The notes under the pieces were generated by a model, which was not told where the DNA came from, did not search any database, and was given only the letters and a program-made list of their open reading frames with translations. A program made the translations under genes and the position numbers. Below, in pieces: positions 33,668 to 41,061 of a stretch of DNA of 41,288 nt. Source of the stretch: an uncultured Candidatus Peribacteria bacterium (lineage in GTDB: Bacteria > Patescibacteriota > Gracilibacteria > JAUYGZ01); NCBI GenBank assembly GCA_964634525.1, contig CAZWLI010000018.1:1-41288 (forward strand), in the 5' to 3' direction. How positions within the stretch are numbered: the first letter of the stretch is position 1; each line of letters opens with the position of its first letter.

Positions 33668-35323
33668 ATGACCAGCTTTACCAGATATCTTCCCTGGAAA
33701 TCGTTCAACGAATTCTTCGTCACGATCGTCTACTTCGTGCAGGGTGCCGGAGCGCTGACGGCGATTGCGTCCATGAATATTTTGAAAGACGAGCTCAATT
33801 TGAATTTCTATCAGATGGGTCTGATTGGCGTGGCCTCTACCCTGCCTTGGACCGTGAAGCCGATCTACGGCATCCTCACGGATCTGGTGCCCATCGGAAA
33901 TTACCGAAGAAAGCCCTATCTCCAGATTGGCCCGCTGATAGGATTCCTCGGCTATCTGCTGATGGGCCTCTACGGCCATACCTTCGCGACCTTTTTTCTC
34001 CCCCTCGTGTTTGCGAACCTTGGACTCGCCCTCACGGATGTCGCTACGGATGGTTTCATTGTGGAAGAAAGCACCCAAGAAAACACCGCGCGCCTTCAGG
34101 GCATCACGCAGATTTCCATTCGCGCGGCTTCCTTCATCACCTCATTTTTCTCGGGCCTCCTGATTCAGGTCGGCCTTGTTTCGTCGCACGGGATGTACCT
34201 GATTCTTGCCATCATCCCCCTCGCAACCTTTGTCGGCTCCTTTTTCATTCACGAAAAACCCGCGAATGCCTTCAAGCTTTTTGAGCCGGATCCGGCAGAT
34301 TCGATTTCCCTGGAGAGCTCCCTGGAGCAGCATCAGAGCAAAGCCATAGTGCTCAAGATCTTCAGCCCTGGTTACATTGTGAGCCTGGTGCTGATCTTCG
34401 TGCTCGTCATGGGCAACACGGTGGCCGGGGAGAGTATCGATGCTTTCCTCGCGGCCTACGTGCCTTGGTTTCCAGGCCTATATCTGGGCACCTTGATCTG
34501 GTCGCTCTTTGTCGCCTGGATGATCTCGTATTTCTACAAGCTCACAAAACTCAAGCTCGCAAGCCCCATGATCTTCGTGGCGATTCTTTTTATCCTGCTC
34601 TGGCGGATCAATCCGGGAGCGGGTTCGGCTATGTTTTTTTACGTCAGGGATAATCTTCACGTCAACATCAAAACCCTCGGCTTCATCGACACCATCGCCC
34701 AGATAGGCTCCATCGTGGGCGTCCTGCTGGCGGTTAAATTTTTTGACAAGATTAGGCTGAAGAAGCTGCTCCTCGTCACCGTGTTGATCGCCGCGGCCTT
34801 CGGACTCACCAGCTTCGCGATCACGCGACCGGAGTGGGCTACGACGATTGGCGTTAATCCGATTTTTTCTTTCCTCGGCACCCTCGTCGCCGTGCCGGTG
34901 TATTTCTTCGACAGTCTCTTTCAATGGCTCTTTGCCGGCGCAGCGTGGGTGAACCCCGTGAGCGCTGCGGTTGCTCTCACCGGCATTGAAAAATTTCTCT
35001 ATCTTCAGTCTATCCTTGGTGAGCTCATTTTCATGATCGCCTACATTCCCCTCCTGAAGTTTGCGGTGCTAATCACCCCGAAACGCGCCGAAGCCACGAA
35101 CTATGCGATCATCGCGAGTATTATGAATATCGGTCTGGCGATTTCCGGCTTACTCTCGGGAATCCTCTACAACTCGCTCATGGCTCGCTATCACCCCACT
35201 CTGGAGGTGACGAGCATTCAGGTGGATGTCATCGAAATCCTGATCTGGATCAATATCATCACCTCGATGATGTGCCTCCTGGTGCTGCCGTTTTTGAAGA
35301 CGAGGGAGTTTGTGAAGGAGTGA
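33668..35323 (+). CDS. Folate-biopterin transporter family (BT1, MFS superfamily) membrane protein
   Basis: VYFVQGAGALTAIASMNILKDELNL...PWTVKPIYGILTDLVPIGNYRRKPYL is the BT1 signature, and about 12 hydrophobic helices follow. I prefer the ATG at 33668. The upstream ATG at 33533 would add a non-hydrophobic Arg/Gly-rich extension. Confidence 0.85.
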   Translation: MTSFTRYLPWKSFNEFFVTIVYFVQGAGALTAIASMNILKDELNLNFYQMGLIGVASTLPWTVKPIYGILTDLVPIGNYRRKPYLQIGPLIGFLGYLLMGLYGHTFATFFLPLVFANLGLALTDVATDGFIVEESTQENTARLQGITQISIRAASFITSFFSGLLIQVGLVSSHGMYLILAIIPLATFVGSFFIHEKPANAFKLFEPDPADSISLESSLEQHQSKAIVLKIFSPGYIVSLVLIFVLVMGNTVAGESIDAFLAAYVPWFPGLYLGTLIWSLFVAWMISYFYKLTKLKLASPMIFVAILFILLWRINPGAGSAMFFYVRDNLHVNIKTLGFIDTIAQIGSIVGVLLAVKFFDKIRLKKLLLVTVLIAAAFGLTSFAITRPEWATTIGVNPIFSFLGTLVAVPVYFFDSLFQWLFAGAAWVNPVSAAVALTGIEKFLYLQSILGELIFMIAYIPLLKFAVLITPKRAEATNYAIIASIMNIGLAISGLLSGILYNSLMARYHPTLEVTSIQVDVIEILIWINIITSMMCLLVLPFLKTREFVKE

Positions 35324-35338
35324 ATGGCGTCATTTTTT

Positions 35339-36175
35339 TTATTTTGCCCCCGCTTCCTCCGCGTAGTGCGCGAAATCAAGGACATCTTGCAGTCCACCGG
35401 AGACCAGGTGCTGATCCGTTATTTGGGCAAATGACTGGGCACTTTTCCCGAGAGCCGACGATTCTTCTTCCAGGAGCGGGAGAGGTACGGCCTTGCCAGC
35501 TCGTTCCCCACTCAGGCGAAAATCAAAAGCCTTGGCGTCAAGGGAGCGGAAATGAAACAGATAATCACTTCCGGTTTCAAATCGTGTGGCGAGACGAATG
35601 ATGCTGTTGAAATTCGAATCCGATCCACCCGAATTCACGGAAAGGTCGGATGAGGTGATGAAGGAACTGGTCGAAACGCAGCGTTTGATGCCGATGGGAA
35701 GATCCAAACATCCACTTATCACCTGGAAACGGCTGGAAGCGAGCAGGGTTTTGAGATCCGCGAAAACAAATCCACTCTTCAGCTCAAACCATTCGAGGAG
35801 CAGTTCCGGGCAGGCCTGCGAAGAAGCCTTGAGGCCGCACTCAAGACGAATCGCATCCATGTTCTTGTCCGGAGGAAGAGCCTGAAGGAAAATCTCTCCA
35901 CTGCTCTGATGAAAAGTCGCAAGCTGCGGTGAAGGATCCAGGCTCGCCGTGGTATGAACAGCCTTTGCCGTAACGCCCTGATTGGCCTCGAGGATGATGG
36001 GATTTTTTGAAAAATCTTTCTGGGAATTCTTGATCAGACTTTTTTGAAGTTCGGCGCCAAGCGCTGGTCTTCCGGAAGCTCTTGCTAGATCAGCTGCTGA
36101 CTCGGCTGCGTAGAAAGCAGCCTGCGTTGAAAAAAATGTCTGGCCCACCTGTTGATCCACGGCAGACTGCAGCAT
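35339..36175 (-). CDS. Pilus-associated protein with a PilX_N-like N-terminus; the true start may lie upstream, up to 36232
   Basis: After the first ATG the protein reads LQSAVDQQVGQTFFSTQAAFYAAESAADLA, which is PilX N-terminal-like (A..AAE). The hydrophobic helix expected before it (LPLALFLSTLTIASFLSLS) is encoded in frame at 36176-36232. That stretch contains no ATG, GTG or TTG start. Confidence 0.55.
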   Translation of the reverse strand: MLQSAVDQQVGQTFFSTQAAFYAAESAADLARASGRPALGAELQKSLIKNSQKDFSKNPIILEANQGVTAKAVHTTASLDPSPQLATFHQSSGEIFLQALPPDKNMDAIRLECGLKASSQACPELLLEWFELKSGFVFADLKTLLASSRFQVISGCLDLPIGIKRCVSTSSFITSSDLSVNSGGSDSNFNSIIRLATRFETGSDYLFHFRSLDAKAFDFRLSGERAGKAVPLPLLEEESSALGKSAQSFAQITDQHLVSGGLQDVLDFAHYAEEAGAK

Positions 36176-36231
36176 GGAAAGAGACAGAAACGAAGCGATG
36201 GTGAGGGTGCTGAGGAAGAGGGCTAAAGGCA

Positions 36232-36261
36232 GGGTTTAGGGTTTAGGGTTTAGGGTTTAGG
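36232..36261. repeat. Tandem heptamer repeat (TTTAGGG)x4 on the + strand, CCCTAAA on the - strand
   Basis: The sequence read directly is gggtttagggtttagggtttagggtttagg, followed by aagttagg. It lies between the pseudopilin gene and the PilX-like gene. Confidence 0.95.
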
Positions 36262-36275
36262 AAGTTAGGAAAAAA

Positions 36276-36779
36276 TTAAAAACTGAATTCCAGATGCTTG
36301 TCGGAATCAATGCGGATGGTTTTCATTTCTTGAGAGCCTTGGCGTGAGTACGTCAGCAAGAGGGAACAGTTGGGCTCACAAAGAGGTGTACTTGGAAAAG
36401 GTTCGGCGGGTGACCACGGCGAAGCGAGACCACGAAAAGAAATTGCGGAAAAGGGCGAATCAAAGGTTATGAGCGCTGCCGGGAAAGAGGCCTGCTGCAA
36501 CTCCAGACGGTCAAGAACAAATGGAAAGAAATCGCTATCCCCTGCTTCGAAATACAGATGATGTTCCGTCGGCGCTAGGTCGCCTGATGACATGGAAGTC
36601 TGCGTCAAGGCCAGAGCGTTTTCACGCCAAAAATTTCGCTGAAAATCTTCGGTCAATTTCCTCCACGCCAGCTGACGATTCATGTCTTGAAAAAAACTAA
36701 CAGCGCCCACCATCAGGAGCGTCATGATCGTGATGGCCACAAGGATTTCCAGAAGGGTGAAGCCTGAAGAGAATTTCAT
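36276..36779 (-). CDS. Prepilin-type N-terminal cleavage/methylation domain protein (minor pilin or pseudopilin), 167 aa
   Basis: MKFSSG|FTLLEILVAITIMTLLMVGAV is a canonical class III signal: G at -1, F at +1, E at +5, then a hydrophobic helix. The gene overlaps the upstream pilin gene by 4 nt. Confidence 0.85.
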   Translation of the reverse strand: MKFSSGFTLLEILVAITIMTLLMVGAVSFFQDMNRQLAWRKLTEDFQRNFWRENALALTQTSMSSGDLAPTEHHLYFEAGDSDFFPFVLDRLELQQASFPAALITFDSPFSAISFRGLASPWSPAEPFPSTPLCEPNCSLLLTYSRQGSQEMKTIRIDSDKHLEFSF

Positions 36780-37351
36780 GGAGGGTCATCAACAGCATTC
36801 ACCGAGGTCACCTCCGTTGCCCCCGGTGGCGTGTAGCGGAGACAATACTGATTGGTGCTCACGTTGGGAGCCGGAGTTTTGCCGCCACTCGCGTCCGCGT
36901 TCATGAGCGAAGAAGCCTGATCTTCCAGCGTGGCGCAGATGCTGTACGAATTTTCGTTGGCGCCGTATTTGTACTTGTAGGGCTTATCCGAACCCGGGAT
37001 GATCACCCCTGCCGAAGGATCCAGTAGAAGACTCTTCAGATCATCATCGGTTGAGAGAGCGAGGGCCTTGAAGCAAGTGTAGAGATTCGTATCAGAACTT
37101 TTGCAATCCGTTGGCATTTTTCTTGCACCGGCTTTGTTTCTCGGAGGCGCTCCGTATTCGGCCACCATTTGGCTGAGAAAAAGATTTATCCGAGTAACAT
37201 CGTTCTGGCGTTCGGTATCTCGGGCTTTGCCCATATACGACCCGTACAGAGCCAGCGATCCGATCGTGAGAATCGTGATGATCACGATGGCGATGAGGAC
37301 TTCGGCGAGGGAAAAGGCGCGAAGCGCCGAACGAAGGAAAGGGTGGGACAT
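36776..37351 (-). CDS. Type IV pilin-like protein (candidate major pilin), 191 aa
   Basis: MSHPFLRSALRA|FSLAEVLIAIVIITILTIGSLALYG carries a prepilin motif with Ala at -1 and Glu at +5. It lies directly downstream of pilC, after a large stem-loop. Confidence 0.8.
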   Translation of the reverse strand: MSHPFLRSALRAFSLAEVLIAIVIITILTIGSLALYGSYMGKARDTERQNDVTRINLFLSQMVAEYGAPPRNKAGARKMPTDCKSSDTNLYTCFKALALSTDDDLKSLLLDPSAGVIIPGSDKPYKYKYGANENSYSICATLEDQASSLMNADASGGKTPAPNVSTNQYCLRYTPPGATEVTSVNAVDDPP

Positions 37352-37370
37352 AGGATGGAATTAATTGTTA

Positions 37371-37426
37371 AATTGTTCCATTGTTCGATTGCTCAAAAAA
37401 AAAAGCAATTAAGCAATGGAACAATT
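37371..37426. promoter_or_regulatory. Large stem-loop between pilC and the pilin gene (13-bp perfect stem plus a 5-bp inner stem; A10/U10 loop)
   Basis: aattgttccattg (37371-37383) pairs with caatggaacaatt (37414-37426). An inner attgc/gcaat stem closes a loop that contains A10 (37395-37404). The right arm contains the pilC stop codon. Confidence 0.6.
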
Positions 37427-38704
37427 GAACAATATCTCACGAAACACCGAGAGACCGATCAACGCAGTGGGATTGCCCATAACTTTGAACAAGGTTGCCG
37501 CAAGCGAACCTATCATAAAAAGTATCACAGCGTAGGTAAAAAGAGAAATCGCCGCGCTGATCCAAGAAGTGATCTGGGACATGCGGTGCTGAAGCTGAAT
37601 GTCGTAGGACTCATAGGCTTCGAGCAGGACCTCGCCGAGATTGCCGCCTTTGGCGCCGAGCGTCATGGCCTGCGCCACACTCGGCAGCAGATAGCCTGGT
37701 GGGACAAGATCCGCCCCTTGGGATCGGAGGATCTGCTCGAGCTTGATGCCCTTGTTCAGATTTACTTCAATAGCCGTGAAAACACTTCGGAAACATAAAT
37801 TTTTTGTCTGCTCGATCACAATCCGGATCGCCTCCAGGATCGAGACGCCCTTGGAACTGAGATGACCCAGAAGGGAGAGAAAATTGGCCGTGGCCATCAT
37901 ACGAAGCAAGGGCCCGAGCACAGGAATGTTCAAGACGAGATGCTGGAAGGCAAAGCGGGTCGGTGTGTGAAAACGGTAGAGAAAAAATCCTCCGAAGATG
38001 AGGATCATAAAGAGAGAAAGGCAGAGGGCAAAATATCCGCGCAGCACACTCGAGATCGCCACCATGATCTTCATGCCCAGTGGCAGTTCCAATTTTTTCC
38101 CAAAAAGTTTTGTGAGCTGCGGCACGATCGCCGTCACGATCACGAGGAAGGCGATGCCAACGATACCAAGCAGCACAAATTTCCCGGAGAGCGCTTTCAC
38201 GAGTGCGGATTTCTGGGCAAGCATTTTTTCTTTTCGCTCACTGTATTCAATCATGTTTGGCCCCACCGTGCCGGTCTTTTGCCCGGCCACGAGAATGCTA
38301 AAAAATTCATCATCGAAATACTCTCGCGCTTCGGAAAAAAGCTCAGCGTAATCACGATATCCTTTCTCGGCTTTTGCCTGAAGAATTCGAAGAAGTTTGA
38401 GAACATCTTTTTCGCGCTCATCCGCGATCAGGAAATCAATAATCGCCGCGAGTGAGTACCCTCGGCCCATCATCTTTCCGAGTGTTTTGAGGAGTCGAAT
38501 CTTGTGAGCCGGTTTGATCCTCTCGCCCAGCTCGATACTCTGAAGCTTGTCCCAGAGGCTGACGCCAAAAGCTTCTTGCAGACGTTTGATGGTATAGCCC
38601 TGCTCGTGCAAATACTGGCGCACCGCCTCAAGCGTATCGCCCTGAAGACTGAGCGTTTGCTCTTCTCCTGAAGCCGTAAAAACGATGGCGGAAAAAGTTC
38701 GCAT
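37409..38704 (-). CDS. pilC: Type IV pilus / type II secretion platform protein (GspF/PilC family)
   Basis: 431 aa with two GspF-like repeats and three TM segments. The C-terminal repeat reads ..LSSKGVSILEAIRIV...NLNKGIKLEQIL.......GAKGGNLGEVLLEAYESYD..., as expected for PilC/GspF. Confidence 0.9.
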   Translation of the reverse strand: MRTFSAIVFTASGEEQTLSLQGDTLEAVRQYLHEQGYTIKRLQEAFGVSLWDKLQSIELGERIKPAHKIRLLKTLGKMMGRGYSLAAIIDFLIADEREKDVLKLLRILQAKAEKGYRDYAELFSEAREYFDDEFFSILVAGQKTGTVGPNMIEYSERKEKMLAQKSALVKALSGKFVLLGIVGIAFLVIVTAIVPQLTKLFGKKLELPLGMKIMVAISSVLRGYFALCLSLFMILIFGGFFLYRFHTPTRFAFQHLVLNIPVLGPLLRMMATANFLSLLGHLSSKGVSILEAIRIVIEQTKNLCFRSVFTAIEVNLNKGIKLEQILRSQGADLVPPGYLLPSVAQAMTLGAKGGNLGEVLLEAYESYDIQLQHRMSQITSWISAAISLFTYAVILFMIGSLAATLFKVMGNPTALIGLSVFREILFNCSIA

Positions 38705-38768
38705 AAAGAGATGTGAGATAAGCGGTCAGAAGCGGAGCAGGTCCCGAAGGGAGATGCGAAGCGAATGA

Positions 38769-38808
38769 CTCCGAGGCAAGAATAGCGGAAGCTATTGTTG
38801 CCGAGGAG
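38769..38808. promoter_or_regulatory. Imperfect 18-bp hairpin with a GGAA tetraloop in the 128-nt gap upstream of pilC
   Basis: ctccgaggcaagaatagc-GGAA-gctattgttgccgaggag, with 15 of 18 positions paired. Confidence 0.45.
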
Positions 38809-38832
38809 AGCGTAATCCCTTCTGGGGCAGCA

Positions 38833-39096
38833 TTAGCGATCGGGGGAAAAAAGCTCTTTCCTTCCCAACTCCGTCTTGGCGGGAGAGCGAAGAACTTCTT
38901 TTGGCAAAGGCGTGAGCTTCTGCAAACGTTTCGTGACGTCCTCAATGGTCTGCGCATCGGCCTTGATGAATTTCGCCGGCACGCTGGAGGAAACCGTGTT
39001 TTTCAAAGTTTGTGCATCGAAGGAAAGGAGGACATAGTCATACCACCCGAGGAGAAGAAGGCTGAGACCAATGAGGAGAGAACGCAAGAGAGTCAT
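38833..39096 (-). CDS. Small membrane-anchored protein of the pilus cluster (87 aa)
   Basis: ATG ORF with an N-terminal TM helix (LLRSLLIGLSLLLLGW). It lies between the PilO-like gene and pilC. I recognise no family. Confidence 0.5.
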   Translation of the reverse strand: MTLLRSLLIGLSLLLLGWYDYVLLSFDAQTLKNTVSSSVPAKFIKADAQTIEDVTKRLQKLTPLPKEVLRSPAKTELGRKELFSPDR

Positions 39097-39104
39097 ACTT
39101 TTTT

Positions 39105-39124
39105 CTAAGAAGCTAATAAGCTAA
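39105..39124. repeat. Copy of the AGCTAA repeat (ctaagaagctaataagctaa) spanning the stop codon of the PilO-like gene
   Basis: Read directly. It matches the 18-mer at 5340-5357 and 41037-41054 at 17 of 18 positions. Confidence 0.9.
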
Positions 39125-39763
39125 ATTATAGGCCCACAATATAATATCCGCGGAGACGAGACCCCCTTCTTTCGGCGAAAACGATCGCACCGAACGAACA
39201 TCAAAAAGCCGCGCGCTTTGGCGAAGATGATCGAGGAACTCCAGAAACGCCGGGTACTCACCGATGAACGGCACGGAATATTCGATGGTTTCAAAATCTT
39301 TGAAATCAGGGTTCGTGATATCCGACGGCGAGATCTTTGTCCAGGCGATATGGTCCGGCAGAATCACAGTGTATTTTTTTTGAAGCTCATTCAGAAAAAA
39401 AGCCATCGTTCGCACCACCTGGTCCTGACGCGACTGAAGTGGGATTGCCTGGAGAACCACATTCTGATTTCGCGTGATGAGGTTCATATCCGAAGCGAGC
39501 GCTGTTAGGGCTGCCTTATTTTTTTCTTCCAGTTTCACTTTTTCCTGCACTTCAAGAAGAGCTCTCATTCTCTGTTGACGCAGCGCTATCAAGCCTCCGG
39601 TGGAAAACCAACTGAAAATGAGGCTGAGCAGGAGAAGTCCCACGGAAGAAAAATACGCCATTTGCCAAGCATCCTGACGCTTCACCTCAGGGGTCGTACC
39701 AGCACTTCCCACGATCACGATTGGGACCGCCTTGGAGCCGAACAATGTGTTGAAGAGTTTCAT
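39113..39763 (-). CDS. PilO-like pilus assembly membrane protein (216 aa)
   Basis: The topology is a short cytoplasmic N-terminus, a TM helix (YFSSVGLLLLSLIFSWF), a coiled coil, then a C-terminal alpha/beta domain. It follows a PilN-like gene. Assignment rests on architecture and context only. Confidence 0.5.
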   Translation of the reverse strand: MKLFNTLFGSKAVPIVIVGSAGTTPEVKRQDAWQMAYFSSVGLLLLSLIFSWFSTGGLIALRQQRMRALLEVQEKVKLEEKNKAALTALASDMNLITRNQNVVLQAIPLQSRQDQVVRTMAFFLNELQKKYTVILPDHIAWTKISPSDITNPDFKDFETIEYSVPFIGEYPAFLEFLDHLRQSARLFDVRSVRSFSPKEGGLVSADIILWAYNLAY

Positions 39764-39776
39764 ATGAGATTCTTAT

Positions 39777-39826
39777 TTCCTACCTTCCTAACTTCCTACT
39801 TCCCACTTCCTACCTCCTACCTCCTT
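39777..39826. repeat. Degenerate TTCCTAMC-type repeat tract (pyrimidine-rich on +, purine-rich GGAGGTAGG units on -)
   Basis: ttcctaccttcctaacttcctacttcccacttcctacctcctacctcc. It covers the 3' end of the PilN-like ORF and the gap before the PilO-like ATG. Confidence 0.85.
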
Positions 39827-40387
39827 ATTCTTCTTCCAATACATTGGATTCACTCTTGCCTGCAGCACAAAATCAAAGGTGTTCGTGATCTGCTGCTCGC
39901 TCACGCTGGAAATCTCAACCTGGGTGAGCAAGGGCGCGTGGAAAGCTTCCATTTGTTTGCCCGCCTCTTCATAGCTCGGTGTCCTCACGCTGAAAGCAAT
40001 CTTGCCACTGTGATCAAGGGAAAGATTGGAAATGATGGTGCTTTTGAGAAGCAGGGCGCGGAGCTGAGAAAAGAATTCAACCAAAGGAAGCAGAGCAACG
40101 GGCTGATATTGGTCTTCCTCGAGCGCTCCCGTGAAGACCTCATCGCGAGCGTGGAAGACACTGTCGACGGCACTCACGCCTTCGGAATACTGCTCAAGAA
40201 GATTCTTCAGCTCCGGCTTCAACATGGCCGTTTCTTCTGCTCGAATGGCATCAAAAGCCGCCTGCTGAAGGTGCGTGTCTCGATCGAGCAACGGAAGAGA
40301 AAAAAATCGAAGCCAGACATTCAGGCCAAAAAGAAGTCCTGAAAGAATGAAAAAAATGACGGCCATGATGGTGTCGGTTCTTCTCAT
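39788..40387 (-). CDS. PilN-like fimbrial assembly protein (199 aa)
   Basis: N-terminal TM helix (IMAVIFFILSGLLFGLNVW), a coiled coil, then the pattern ISNLSLDHSGKIAFSVRTPSYEEAGKQMEAFH...FDFVLQARV, which resembles the PilN/PilO ferredoxin-like core. An ATGA overlap joins it to the upstream gene. The last ~12 codons are encoded by an intergenic-type repeat. Confidence 0.55.
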   Translation of the reverse strand: MRRTDTIMAVIFFILSGLLFGLNVWLRFFSLPLLDRDTHLQQAAFDAIRAEETAMLKPELKNLLEQYSEGVSAVDSVFHARDEVFTGALEEDQYQPVALLPLVEFFSQLRALLLKSTIISNLSLDHSGKIAFSVRTPSYEEAGKQMEAFHAPLLTQVEISSVSEQQITNTFDFVLQARVNPMYWKKNKEVGGRKWEVGS

Positions 40388-41031
40388 AGATTTTTGAAAC
40401 TGCTGAAGGAATAATTTCGGAGCGTGACCAGAGACTCGTAGGAAATTCGAGGGTCTTCAAAAAATTCAAACGCTGTTCGAGTCCTTGCACCTTCGGATCT
40501 TCGGACATGAGCTTCCAGGTGAAAGCGTACTCGAGGTTGCAGCGTCCGGTCACCCCTGGGCGTAGTGCTGAAGACAAGCTGATCAATGACCGTGTCAGGG
40601 CTATTGAGCACTTCCTCCTTTCCATTTCGCTGGAGTACCAGTTGGGCCGTGTCTTCGGAGGGATTAGCGCGAACAAAAAAGAACGCGTTTTTCTTTTCTT
40701 CTTTGTCGATGAAGACCGACAACTCATGGTCATTCGTCTTGGCGTAATCGAGAGCGCTCGCTTCGCGGATCACCTTGGGAAGCACGATACTGACGAGCGA
40801 AAGAGCTTCTTGCCGAAGCTGCTGATGGCGCTGGAGATACGTGGTGAACTGAAACGTATCGCGACAAAAAATAATCACGACGATCAGACAAAAACTCGTG
40901 AGCACCATGCCGACCATAACATCGGGGAGGGAAAAGGCTTTGAGACAGGTTGTTAGCTTGTAGCCCGCCTGCCGGACGGGCAGGCTTTTTAGCTTTTTAG
41001 GAAAACAGGTAAGAAAGAAAAATAAATTCAT
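40384..41031 (-). CDS. Prepilin-like protein with an atypical leader (215 aa)
   Basis: LKA|FSLPDVMVGMVLTSFCLIVVIIF resembles a class III signal with Ala at -1 and Asp at +5. The only canonical start, the ATG at 41031, gives a 32-aa leader that is encoded across a palindromic repeat. Confidence 0.55.
   Translation of the reverse strand: MNLFFFLTCFPKKLKSLPVRQAGYKLTTCLKAFSLPDVMVGMVLTSFCLIVVIIFCRDTFQFTTYLQRHQQLRQEALSLVSIVLPKVIREASALDYAKTNDHELSVFIDKEEKKNAFFFVRANPSEDTAQLVLQRNGKEEVLNSPDTVIDQLVFSTTPRGDRTLQPRVRFHLEAHVRRSEGARTRTAFEFFEDPRISYESLVTLRNYSFSSFKNL
40963..40985. repeat. Second, inverted copy of the GC-rich palindromic element
   Basis: gcccgcctgccggacgggcaggc. Its reverse complement, gcctgcccgtccggcaggcgggc, aligns to 6161-6183. 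It lies inside the predicted leader-coding region of the 40384..41031 gene. Confidence 0.8.
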
Positions 41032-41033
41032 AA

Positions 41034-41061
41034 CCTAAGAAGCTAACAAGCTAATGAGCTA
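41034..41061. repeat. Copy of the AGCTAA repeat (cctaagaagctaacaagctaatgagcta) filling the whole intergenic gap
   Basis: Read directly. The 18-mer at 41037-41054 is identical to 5340-5357. Confidence 0.9.

Noticed and set aside
33302-34078. 258-aa ORF on the - strand
   Set aside because: Most of it is antisense to the BT1 transporter gene, which has a strong family signature. Only its last 74 codons lie in otherwise non-coding space; these are discussed as a low-confidence candidate.
35324-35345. Bidirectional terminator between the convergent BT1 and PilX-like genes (T9 run)
   Set aside because: The gap is only 15 nt, and the preceding stem (aatg/catt) is too short to count as an intrinsic terminator hairpin.
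36232-36261. The (TTTAGGG)4 tract as evidence of eukaryotic (plant-type telomere) contamination or a chromosome end
   Set aside because: There are only four units. They are embedded between two intact co-directional bacterial pilus genes, with related CTAA-type repeats at other junctions of the same contig. The tract is not at a contig end.
37169-40342. + strand ORFs of 197-255 aa (37169-37798, 37862-38455, 39575-40342)
   Set aside because: They are antisense to pilC and the PilN/PilO-like genes. Their Arg/His/Lys-rich composition is typical of reverse-frame artefacts.
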